A stretch of 32,000 nucleotides of DNA from Pseudonocardiales bacterium (GTDB lineage Bacteria; Actinomycetota; Actinomycetes; Mycobacteriales; Pseudonocardiaceae), in the NCBI GenBank assembly GCA_003244245.1, contig QHBY01000543.1:10390-42389 (forward strand). The letters are read 5' to 3'. Below are positions 24,305 to 32,000 of this stretch, in pieces. Made by a program: the position numbers and the translations under genes. A model generated the notes under the pieces. That model made no database searches. It had not been told where the DNA came from and saw nothing but the letters and a program-made list of their open reading frames with translations. The first letter of the stretch is position 1. Every line of letters begins with the position of its first letter.

Positions 24305-26071
24305 TTACTTGATCTTCTCCGTTGGGAGACCGGTTGAGCGTGGTGGGGGTGTGCGGCGGGTGATGGCGAACCCAGCGCGGGCCAGGAAAGTGGGCAGGGC
24401 ACGGATGGCGTCCCGGTCGAGATCTTTGATCTCCTCAGAAAGGTTCTCCCAAGGCACCAGATACGGGGAGAGCTTGCGGGCCGGATCGCGAGCAGGCCCA
24501 AGACGCCAGCCGTCCTGGCGGCGTTCGATCTCCCAGCGTTGGTGTTCCAACGTGGCGAGGTGTTCCAACTCGGCGTCGGTGAAGGGCAATGGCGGAGGGA
24601 TCCAGTCAGCCGCCGGCCTCAATTCGCACCCGACGGTCCGCAGTTTCTGCCCGAGGTCGGCGGCCTGGGCGCGGTTGGCGGCCCGCAGCGTCTCCGGAAG
24701 GGCTTCCCAGGGTTCCAGTGCTCGGTCATCTGGGTCCGCACCGTCATCGCGGCGACGGCGGACGTAGTCAGCATGGATACCTTGGGCGAGGGTCTCCCTG
24801 CGTCCGTTGAGCAACACCTCAGGGCGACACACCCGATCGAGCAGGCTGAAGCCCTCCACATTGGCCAGCAGGCCCGACGTCGACCGGTCGAGTAGGCCTG
24901 CCAGGCTCGACCGGCCAGTGGTGCACGCGATGACCGGACAGTGCTCCGGCAGGATCCGGCGGGCCAGGAGCGTGGCGCGGAAGGTCGCGGCATCCTCGTC
25001 CAGGCAGATCAACGCCGCGGTAGGACGGTCTGCCGGGGTCTCGGCCGAAGGCAGCGATGCGGGTCGGTCAGGGTTTGCGGGGTCGGTGGCGCAGGTCGTC
25101 AGTTCGCAGCTGGTGGCCAAGGCCGGATAGCGGGCGCTCAGCGCCGCGGCCTGGGTGTCGGCGTCCGAGGCCACCAGTGTGATCCGGATCCTCCCCGCCG
25201 AGTGCGAGCGGTCAAGTCGCCACCGGCGGGCCGCCTCGGTAACCAGGGCAGGCGCGAACCTCCCCTCGCCGAGGATCATCAGATGCGGCCGGCTGCCATC
25301 CGGGAGGGTGAGCAGGTCAGGGTGGGTGTCAAACAGCGCGGCCGGCCCGGCCTGGTAGACGTTGAAGAACTCATAGGTCACCCGGCCGGTGACCGCGGCG
25401 GTGAGGGCTTCTTGGTCCACTAGCTGGCACAGCCGCTCGTCGGCGAGCTGGACCAGGCAATCGATCGGCGTCCGCCGACGGCCGGAGGACACCGTGAGCG
25501 CCAGGGCCACCTCGGCATTGACCACGTCCTCCCCGCACACTGCGAGGAGGTACCGGGCGCGCCGCATTCCGGCGCGGGCGAGCGTAATCCCCTCCGTCGC
25601 GTCCCCAGTGAGTATTGGAATTCCCAGCTCGCGGCATTTCTCGGCGGCAGCAATGGGTGGATTGAGGTCGATGACCACGACCCGCTCGGCTCGGCCGTGG
25701 AAGCCGGTGGCGAACCGCAGACCAGCCTGCCCCAGCCCACAGATGATCACGTGGCGGCGGAACAGGACTCGAATCCGAAACTGGGTCCACTGTCGAAGGA
25801 AGATCGCGCTCAGGGTGCGCAACACGGCGTAGGCGACGGTCAGCGGCGCCAGCCAGCGGGCGATCTCCAGGGGTAGTGGTACGGGTGGCTTGTTGGCGTC
25901 CCCGCCCATCGAGAACAACTGGATGGCGGCGTAGAACCGATCGGGCACGGACAGCTGCGGATTCTGTTTCCCGTACCCGTAAACACCAAGGAACAGAGCG
26001 ACAAGCACGGCGGCCCCGGCCACCTGCCCCCGGTAGCGCCGCCACGCCCCGCGCAGCCACCGGGCGATCAT
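24305..26071 (-). CDS. Two-TM channel-like / TrkA-N (RCK) / RyR-domain protein
   Basis: N-terminal TM, pore-helix-like and second TM (FYAAIQLFSMGGD...LEIARWLAPLTVAYAVL). Rossmann HVIICGLGQAGLRFA...VVVIDLN. C-terminal RyR-type repeat (LAQGIHADYV...PWEALPETLRAANRAQA...LATLEHQRWEIERRQDGW...LSPYLVPWENLSEEIKDLDRD). ATG 26071 is 7 nt after the permease stop. Confidence 0.8.
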   Translation of the reverse strand: MIARWLRGAWRRYRGQVAGAAVLVALFLGVYGYGKQNPQLSVPDRFYAAIQLFSMGGDANKPPVPLPLEIARWLAPLTVAYAVLRTLSAIFLRQWTQFRIRVLFRRHVIICGLGQAGLRFATGFHGRAERVVVIDLNPPIAAAEKCRELGIPILTGDATEGITLARAGMRRARYLLAVCGEDVVNAEVALALTVSSGRRRTPIDCLVQLADERLCQLVDQEALTAAVTGRVTYEFFNVYQAGPAALFDTHPDLLTLPDGSRPHLMILGEGRFAPALVTEAARRWRLDRSHSAGRIRITLVASDADTQAAALSARYPALATSCELTTCATDPANPDRPASLPSAETPADRPTAALICLDEDAATFRATLLARRILPEHCPVIACTTGRSSLAGLLDRSTSGLLANVEGFSLLDRVCRPEVLLNGRRETLAQGIHADYVRRRRDDGADPDDRALEPWEALPETLRAANRAQAADLGQKLRTVGCELRPAADWIPPPLPFTDAELEHLATLEHQRWEIERRQDGWRLGPARDPARKLSPYLVPWENLSEEIKDLDRDAIRALPTFLARAGFAITRRTPPPRSTGLPTEKIK

Positions 26072-26078
26072 GTCAGTG

Positions 26079-27533
26079 TTATTTCAGGTCGGCGCGGAGC
26101 CGGCTGTGTCTGGCGCCGTAGGCGAAGTACACGACGAGCCCGACGGCCATCCACACCGCGAACCGGATCCAGGTAGCCCCTGGCAGGTTGAGCATCAGGT
26201 AGAACGATGCCAGGACCGCGAGGATGGGGACGATCGGGACGCCTGGGCATCGAAACGCGCGGGGCAGATCTGGACGGGTGCGGCGCAGCACCAGGACGCC
26301 GCTGGCGACGAGGATGAAGGCGAACAGGGTACCGATGTTGACCAGCTCGGCCAGCTCGCTGAGCGGCACGAACGTCGAGATGACGGCCACAACGACACCG
26401 GTTGTGATCGTGGTACGGATCGGGGTGCCGAACCGCTCGCTGACGGTGGAGAACCCCGACGGCAGCAACCGGTCGCGGCTCATCGCGAAGAACACCCGGC
26501 TTTGGCCCAGCAGCAGGATCATCATCACGGTCGTGAGACCGAGTAGCGCCCCCACCGAGATCACTGTCGCGAAGCCCGGTTTGCCGACCGAGCGGAAGGC
26601 CTCCGCCAGCGGTGCGTCGATCTTGATCGAGGTGTACTTCACCATTCCGGTGATCACCAGCGACACCGCCACGTAGAGCGTCGTGCAGATGCCCAGCGAG
26701 GTGAGAATGCCGATCGGCATGTCCCGTTGCGGGTTCCTGGTCTCCTCCGCGGCGGTCGCGACGATGTCGAAGCCGATGAATGCGAAGAACACCAGCGCGG
26801 CACCGGTGAAGATGCCTGTGATACCGAAGGAGCCGGGCGCGAAGCCGAGATCCTGCAGCAGCGACGGTGTGCTCTGCGCGCCACCGGCGGGCGGGGAACC
26901 GGCCGGTGGAATGAACGGAGAGTAGTTGCTGGCCTTGATGTAGAACAGTCCGGCCACGATGACGAACAGTACGACTGCGATCTTGATGGTGACGATCACG
27001 ATGTTCACCTGGGAGGAGACCTTGATCCCCAAACAGAGGACGGCGGTGAGGATCAGGACGATCACCGCGGCGATCAGGTTGTGCCCAGTGCCGTAAGCCC
27101 AGCCCGGGATGGTGATGCCCAGCTGTTTCATCACGTCGGCGAAGTAGGTCGACCAGCCGACCGCCACCGTGCTGGCGCCGAGAGCGAGCTCGAGGATGAG
27201 GTCCCAGCCGATGATCCACGCCACCAGCTCGCCGAGACTGGCGTAGGAGAACGTATACGCGGAACCGGCCACCGGCACCGTGCTGGCGAACTCCGCGTAA
27301 CACAGCGCAGCGAGGGCGCAGGCGATGCCCGCGAAGACGAAGGACAGCGCCACTGCCGGCCCCGCCTGGACCCCGGCGGCCTTGCCGGTGAGCACGAAGA
27401 TGCCGGTACCGATGACCACCCCCACCCCGAAGACGGTGAGGTCGATCGGACCGAGCCGCTTACGGAGCTGGTGTGTGGGTTCCTCGGTGTCCGCGATGGA
27501 CTGCTCGATGGTCTTCGTAGCCCGAAGATTCAC
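26079..27533 (-). CDS. APC-superfamily amino acid permease (cationic amino acid transporter type)
   Basis: GGGAGG (27540-27545) is 6 nt upstream of GTG 27533. N-terminus NLRATKTIEQSIADTEEPTHQLRKRLGPIDLTVFGVGVVIGTGIFVLTG, 12+ TM segments, CAT-type C-terminus FRCPGVPIVPILAV.... Confidence 0.9.
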   Translation of the reverse strand: MNLRATKTIEQSIADTEEPTHQLRKRLGPIDLTVFGVGVVIGTGIFVLTGKAAGVQAGPAVALSFVFAGIACALAALCYAEFASTVPVAGSAYTFSYASLGELVAWIIGWDLILELALGASTVAVGWSTYFADVMKQLGITIPGWAYGTGHNLIAAVIVLILTAVLCLGIKVSSQVNIVIVTIKIAVVLFVIVAGLFYIKASNYSPFIPPAGSPPAGGAQSTPSLLQDLGFAPGSFGITGIFTGAALVFFAFIGFDIVATAAEETRNPQRDMPIGILTSLGICTTLYVAVSLVITGMVKYTSIKIDAPLAEAFRSVGKPGFATVISVGALLGLTTVMMILLLGQSRVFFAMSRDRLLPSGFSTVSERFGTPIRTTITTGVVVAVISTFVPLSELAELVNIGTLFAFILVASGVLVLRRTRPDLPRAFRCPGVPIVPILAVLASFYLMLNLPGATWIRFAVWMAVGLVVYFAYGARHSRLRADLK

Positions 27534-27722
27534 GGCAAACCTCCCGTAGCGGTTGGTCACAGCGGTGCGGGCTCGGACGCGGCCCGGCAACCGTCACAGT
27601 GTCCATCGTCGGGCCCCGCACGCCTCCACTCAAGGCCGGCCTGAGTAGTAGTCCTACCACCAGCGCACTCCCATGGCTGCTGGAGTAGACAAGTAAAACC
27701 CCCGCCATCGCGACCACAACCA

Positions 27723-28301
27723 GTGGAGGCGCACCGTGAGCCAGGGGCCAGTTCACCCAGCAAGACCCCACCGCGCAGCATGCAGCGCCGGGAAGCGGCG
27801 ATCTGGCTGTGGAGTACCCAGGTCGCACCGGCGATATGGACGTCCGGCGGGCTCGACGGCATCACCACCGAGCAGTTCGACCGGGTGATGAAAACGAACG
27901 TCTACGCGCTGTTCTGGCTGTGTAAGGCGGCTGTGCCGCATATGCCGCCCGGTTCCACCATCATCACCAGCTCGTCGGTCCAGGCATTCCAGCCCTCCCC
28001 GCATTTGATGGACTACGCGGCCTCGAAGGCCGCGATCGTGAACTTCACCAAGGCGCTCGGTCACGACCTCGTCGAGCGGGGTATCCGCGCCAACTCGGTC
28101 GCCCCCGGCCCGGTGTGGACCCCGTTGATCCCCGCCACCATGTCCGAAGACAAGCTGGAGTCCTTCGGTGCGCAGGCGCCGATGGGGCGAGCTGCGCAGC
28201 CGGCCGAGCTCGCACCGTTCTACGTGTTCCTCGCCTCCCAGGAATCGAGCTACATGACCTCCGAGGTCCTCGGAGTAACCGGCGGATCACCGATCACCTG
28301 A
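27723..28301 (+). pseudogene. SDR-family oxidoreductase (YhxC/YghA-like), C-terminal half only
   Basis: From about 27850: GGLDGITTEQFDRVMKTNVYALFWLCKAAVPHM...SSSVQAF...YAASKAAIVNFT...IRANSVAPGPVWTPL...PMGRAAQPAELAPFYVFLASQESSYMTSEVLGVTGG. The Rossmann/TGxxxGIG half is absent, and the upstream part of the ORF is unrelated. Confidence 0.7.
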
Positions 28302-28669
28302 CGACCGCTAGTCGGGTACGTACGGTTGAAGCGCGGTCCTATTGGCGAGCAGCAGAGTCAGCTCTACGCGATGGTTACGCTGAAGGCGTCGCTCGTACCG
28401 TCAGCCCCCTCGACGGTCACCTCGACCTCGCCCGAGGCGTCAGGGACTTCGCCACCAGCGTCTCGCCATCGAGTTCGAATGAGGCGGCGTGGCACTCGGT
28501 CCGGGGGGGATAACGTACGGCTCCTGCCCTTGCGCTGAGCTAGCGGACACGCTCGACGCTCGCGGCAACCCCGACGTCCACGCCATCCAGCTGTGAAATG
28601 TGTCCGGCGGAGGAATGTCTCCGGCGAGCCGGTGTTTCCCGGCGGGGGTTTGCGGGCATCATACGGGCC

Positions 28670-29158
28670 ATGTTCACCTACCGAGAGCCCTTTTACGCGC
28701 GATTCGGTTACGCGCGATCCGGCAGCGACCGTTCCAGCCGTGTTGTCGACGGACACAAGTTATGGACGAGCGGGGTGGTCACGGCGGTGATCGCGTTCGG
28801 TCTGACGATCGCCGCGTTTCTCCTCGTCCGTATGCTGAACATCCCCCTCCTCGGCGTCCGGGGAGGGGGCGCGGTGGTGTACGCGAGCATGTTTGCCTAC
28901 GCCGGAGGTGCAGCACTGGTGGCACTGCTGGCCACCGCCGCGATGCGCTTCCTGTTGCTGACCACTCCGCGGCCAAGGTGGTTCTTCGGCTGGCTCGGTG
29001 GGGTCGGCACGGCCATCGCGGTGCTGCTCCCGCTAGCGCTGTCCCAGGACCCGGCGGGTCGGCTGGCCACCGCGACGGTCAATCTGGTCCTGGGGTTAGC
29101 CATCGTCGGCCTGGTCCGCAGTACCGCCGCTACCCTCCGCCCGGACAGCTCGGCGTAG
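28670..29158 (+). CDS. Integral membrane protein, about 4 TM (resembles actinobacterial DUF6069-type proteins)
   Basis: Hydrophobic segments VVTAVIAFGLTIAAFLLV, AGGAALVALLATAAM, WLGGVGTAIAVLLPL and VNLVLGLAIVGLV, plus a PRPRWFFGWL motif. Start ATG 28670 is tentative. Confidence 0.5.
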   Translation: MFTYREPFYARFGYARSGSDRSSRVVDGHKLWTSGVVTAVIAFGLTIAAFLLVRMLNIPLLGVRGGGAVVYASMFAYAGGAALVALLATAAMRFLLLTTPRPRWFFGWLGGVGTAIAVLLPLALSQDPAGRLATATVNLVLGLAIVGLVRSTAATLRPDSSA

Positions 29159-29237
29159 CTGTCACGACCCTCCACGCGCGGGACGACGGGTGACCCCGGC
29201 GTCTAGTCCGAGCACAGGCCCCCGGGACGGAGCGAGC

Positions 29238-30224
29238 ATGAAGATCGGATACACCCTGATGACCGAGCAGTCGGGGCCGACCGACCTGGTCCGGTACGCG
29301 GTGGCCGCGGAGCAGGCCGGGTTTGCCTTCGAGGCCTGCAGCGATCATTACTTCCCGTGGCTTGACGCTCAGGGTCACTCGCCGTATGCCTGGAGCGTGC
29401 TTGGCGCCGTTGCGCACGCCACCGAGCGGGTCGAGCTCATGACGTACGTGACCTGCCCGACCTTTCGATATCATCCGGCGATCGTGGCGCAGCAGGCCGC
29501 CACGCTGGGATTGCTCTCCGGTGATCGGTTCACCCTGGGCCTGGGATCGGGTGAACATCTCAACGAGCACGTTGTGGGGCTTGGGTGGCCGTCGGTCCAG
29601 GTGCGGCACGAGATGCTCGTCGAGGCACTCGGGATCATCAATGCTTTGTTTGACGGCGGTGGCGTCACCATGCGCGGCCAGCACTATCGAGTCGAGTCGG
29701 CGAAGTTGTGGGACCTGCCCGCGCAGCGGGTACCGATGGCGGTGGCGGTGTCCGGTCCCCGATCCTGCGAGCTGTTCGCCCCGCTGGCCGACCACATGAT
29801 CGCCGTCGAGCCGAACCCGGAGCTGGGCAGGATGTGGGGCGCTGCGCGGCCCGCCAACCGGTCCAGCCGCCGGATCGGTCAGTTGCCGATCTGTTTCGAC
29901 GCGGACCGCGACGCCGCGGTCGCCCGGGCCCACGAGCAGTTCCGCTGGTTCGCCGGTGGTTGGGAAGTCAACGCCGAACTGCCCTCCCCGGCCGGGTTCG
30001 CCGCTGCCAGCCAGTTCGTCCGGGGCGCCGACATCGCGGAGCGCATCTCCTGCGGACCCGACACCGCCGCGCACGTGACGGCAGCTCGGCCGTTTGCCGA
30101 GGCGGGGTTCACAGATCTCGCGCTTGTTCAGATCGGCGGGGCTCCGCAGCACCAGGAGCCGTTCCTCAACTACGCTCGAGACGAGCTGCTACCGGCGCTA
30201 CGTGCGGAGTTCGGCGTGGGCTAG
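29238..30224 (+). CDS. LLM-class F420-dependent oxidoreductase (G6PDH-family type)
   Basis: MKIGYTLMTEQSGPTDLVRYAVAAEQAGFAFEACSDHYFPWLDAQGHSPYAWSVLGAVA...TCPTFRYHPAIVAQQAATL...LGLGSGEHLNEHV...ISCGPD is a very good match to the remembered family pattern. Confidence 0.85.
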   Translation: MKIGYTLMTEQSGPTDLVRYAVAAEQAGFAFEACSDHYFPWLDAQGHSPYAWSVLGAVAHATERVELMTYVTCPTFRYHPAIVAQQAATLGLLSGDRFTLGLGSGEHLNEHVVGLGWPSVQVRHEMLVEALGIINALFDGGGVTMRGQHYRVESAKLWDLPAQRVPMAVAVSGPRSCELFAPLADHMIAVEPNPELGRMWGAARPANRSSRRIGQLPICFDADRDAAVARAHEQFRWFAGGWEVNAELPSPAGFAAASQFVRGADIAERISCGPDTAAHVTAARPFAEAGFTDLALVQIGGAPQHQEPFLNYARDELLPALRAEFGVG

Positions 30225-30296
30225 ACATCCTTGGTCGCTAGTCGTAGAGCGCCCGCTGGGCTGATTAAGGCGGACCACAAGCGGGTACCACATCGT

Positions 30297-30995
30297 ATGG
30301 ATAACGGTCATGTGACAACTCGCGAGGCGACCCGCGCGGCGTCGCCACCGGACGAGATCTTTGTTTCTCTCCGCACTCAGCTCGACAACATCCGGGAGTG
30401 GAACGAGGAGCGCAGGTGGGGCTTTAGCCCCGACGATCTGGACGCCGTCGACCTCACTCCCTCAGCGGAAAACGACCCGCTCGTCGTGGATCTCATTGCT
30501 GTCTACCTGGACGGCGACAGTGAGGTGAACGGTGTTCGACGCACCTGCCACGAGCTGTGGAGGTTGGCCGCTGAGCAGCAGCCCCACACCTGGTCCTGGG
30601 ACTGGTATTGGGACAAATGGATGCATCGGCCCCAGCCGGTGCGCCTGCACCATGGCATTGTGCATCGGCCTGGTATCCGAAGGGTCACCGTAGACCTCGG
30701 TGCTCACTTCGAACCCGGGCAGTACATCTCAGCCAGCAAGGTTCGTGGCCGAGACTCGGCGCACGCCGAGGTGCTCGCCGCTGCAGCTCACTTCCCGCGG
30801 TGGGTCCGGGCCATGGATGGGAAAACCGTCCCCTACACCTGGCTGTCGGGTTATGAGGTGATGGTCTGGGAACGCCCGAGCCCCGAGCGCCTACCAGCCC
30901 TTAGCTGGGTGGGCTACCGGCAGTCGATGAGTCTCACCGCTGACTGGGCTGACCATACCTACAGCGGTTGGGCATCTCCCACCTTGCTGAGTTGA
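30297..30995 (+). CDS. Hypothetical Trp-rich protein, no recognisable domain
   Basis: Long ORF with a coding-like pattern but weaker G/C third-position bias than its neighbours (...HTWSWDWYWDKWMHRPQP...). Start uncertain (ATG 30297, GTG 30312 or TTG 30231). Confidence 0.45.
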   Translation: MDNGHVTTREATRAASPPDEIFVSLRTQLDNIREWNEERRWGFSPDDLDAVDLTPSAENDPLVVDLIAVYLDGDSEVNGVRRTCHELWRLAAEQQPHTWSWDWYWDKWMHRPQPVRLHHGIVHRPGIRRVTVDLGAHFEPGQYISASKVRGRDSAHAEVLAAAAHFPRWVRAMDGKTVPYTWLSGYEVMVWERPSPERLPALSWVGYRQSMSLTADWADHTYSGWASPTLLS

Positions 30996-31192
30996 GGCGC
31001 CGCCCCGTCTGTTGTGGACCTGACTGATTCAGCTGGCTAGAGTGGGCAGCGAATGGTGCAGTTCACGCGCTGTTCGCACAGAGTTCACCGACCCGGACCC
31101 CGTCGGGGCTCTGCGAGGCATCACGGGTGACGGTCCCCACTCGATGGGGTCTTCATCGCTAGTGCCGGGGCGAGCGGTGAGGAGCCAGACCA

Positions 31193-31603
31193 GTGACGAT
31201 CACACTAGATCCGTGCAGCGCGCGAGCGACCCAGCCTGCTGCCGATCATCCCGATGACCCAGCCGACACCGCAGAGGTGACGATCAGCACCGCACAGGTG
31301 GATCTCCTTTCGGTGGCCGGGTGGCTCACCGATAAGTGGCTGACGCAGCTGCGTAGGGAGTTGCAGGCGCTGTTCGATTCAGGCACTCAGTACCTGGTAT
31401 TGGATCTGGCCAGGGTGAGCGGCTGCGACCATCGACTGTTCGACGTGCTGGGGTGGGCTCATCGGATCCTCACCCACCGCGAGGGTTGGCTACGCCTGGT
31501 CGGGGTCGGCCCGGCGGTCCACAACGCCCTGGATGACGCCACGCCGTCGGAGTCCCTGCTGGTTTACCAGGCATCGGACTGGACCAGCGATCTGAATGGC
31601 TGA
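31193..31603 (+). CDS. Divergent STAS-domain protein lacking the phosphorylatable serine
   Basis: GAGGAG (31179-31184) is 8 nt upstream of GTG 31193. STAS-like layout (LSVAGWLTDKWLTQLRRELQALFDSGTQYLVLDLARVSGCDHRLFDVL...LRLVGVGPAVHNAL). The position equivalent to SpoIIAA DSSG reads DHRL. Confidence 0.55.
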   Translation: MTITLDPCSARATQPAADHPDDPADTAEVTISTAQVDLLSVAGWLTDKWLTQLRRELQALFDSGTQYLVLDLARVSGCDHRLFDVLGWAHRILTHREGWLRLVGVGPAVHNALDDATPSESLLVYQASDWTSDLNG

Positions 31604-31637
31604 AGCCGCACGGCGACTTGGCGCACGCACGGGACGC

Positions 31638-32000
31638 TCAGTCGGTCAGGGCGGTTAGGGCGTGGGACAAGGTGGGGTAGGTGTTGAACACCTCCAGTAG
31701 CTGGGTGACTTGGAGTGGGCGTGCTACGGCCCGGGTGACCAGGCCGGCGAGGTGTAGCTGCACTCCGGTGGTTTGGGCTAGCTCGTGGATGCGTAGCAGG
31801 CAGTTCAGCCCGTTGGAGGCCATAAAGCGCACCGGCTGTAGATCCAGGACCAGATGCGTCGGGCCAGTGGCGAGCTGTTCACGTAGGCATGCTTCGAGAA
31901 GCGGTGCGGTGACCATGTCCAGCTCCCCGTCCACCGTTACCACGCACACCCCGACGGCCGCGTGCTGTACGGTCAGCCCGACTAGATGATCTATTCCAAG
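31638..32000 (-). CDS. STAS-domain anti-sigma-factor antagonist (5' end may lie beyond the window)
   Basis: VVTVDGELDMVTAPLLEACL...LVLDLQPVRFMASNGLNCLL...LHLAGL...PLQVTQLLEVF, with the Ser conserved. The frame stays open upstream to nt 32000 (…IDHLVGLTVQHAAVG). GTG 31949 is a possible internal start. Confidence 0.8.
   Translation of the reverse strand, partial: LGIDHLVGLTVQHAAVGVCVVTVDGELDMVTAPLLEACLREQLATGPTHLVLDLQPVRFMASNGLNCLLRIHELAQTTGVQLHLAGLVTRAVARPLQVTQLLEVFNTYPTLSHALTALTD

Noticed and set aside
26068-27644. 411-aa minus off-frame and 305-aa plus ORFs over the permease.
   Set aside because: Shadow ORFs of the transporter gene. Their hydrophilic Arg/Asp-rich products are inconsistent with any family, whereas the permease frame encodes 12+ TM segments.
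28364-28756. 130-aa minus ORF whose C-terminus (SGEVEVTVEGADGTSDAFSVTIA) looks like the end of an Ig/IPT-like domain.
   Set aside because: Only about 25 residues are suggestive, the upstream part is Arg-rich nonsense, and there is no RBS. At best a tiny relic.

Overview
High-G+C actinomycete-type chromosomal DNA from an accessory, decay-rich neighbourhood. I saw no rRNA, tRNA, CRISPR array, transposase or integrase. Left to right: (1) two tandem DUF574-type SAM methyltransferases convergent with an XRE/DUF5753 regulator. (2) A minus-strand stress-like cluster that includes a 57-aa CsbD gene absent from the ORF track. (3) A class III nucleotidyl cyclase relic, split by an ~0.85-kb insertion with inverted-repeat ends that carries a frameshifted APH-like gene, then a truncated USP. 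(4) A PAS-GGDEF-EAL protein with both catalytic motifs degenerate, DUF4177, a 47-aa basic protein and a leaderless glycine-rich small protein. (5) A PHB-depolymerase-type esterase and an orphan RHH / ParA / small-partner module, followed by a patchwork of gene fragments and repeats. (6) A partner-switching and two-component neighbourhood: two MEDS+HATPase RsbA-like paralogs flanking a low-GC mini Erm/KsgA-like methyltransferase, a STAS antagonist, a 1289-aa poly-HAMP/GAF hybrid histidine kinase and a PP2C phosphatase, with no sigma factor in the window. (7) An amino-acid permease apparently co-transcribed with a channel-like TrkA-N/RyR-domain protein. (8) A truncated SDR, a membrane protein, an F420-dependent LLM oxidoreductase, a Trp-rich orphan and two convergent STAS genes. 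All family assignments come from motif recognition by eye; no database search was run. The most interesting items are the mini-methyltransferase cassette inside the duplicated anti-sigma-like genes, the glycine-rich small protein, the Nik1/Os-1-like 92-aa HAMP repeats, the RyR/RCK channel-like protein, the split cyclase, and the par-module rearrangement scars.
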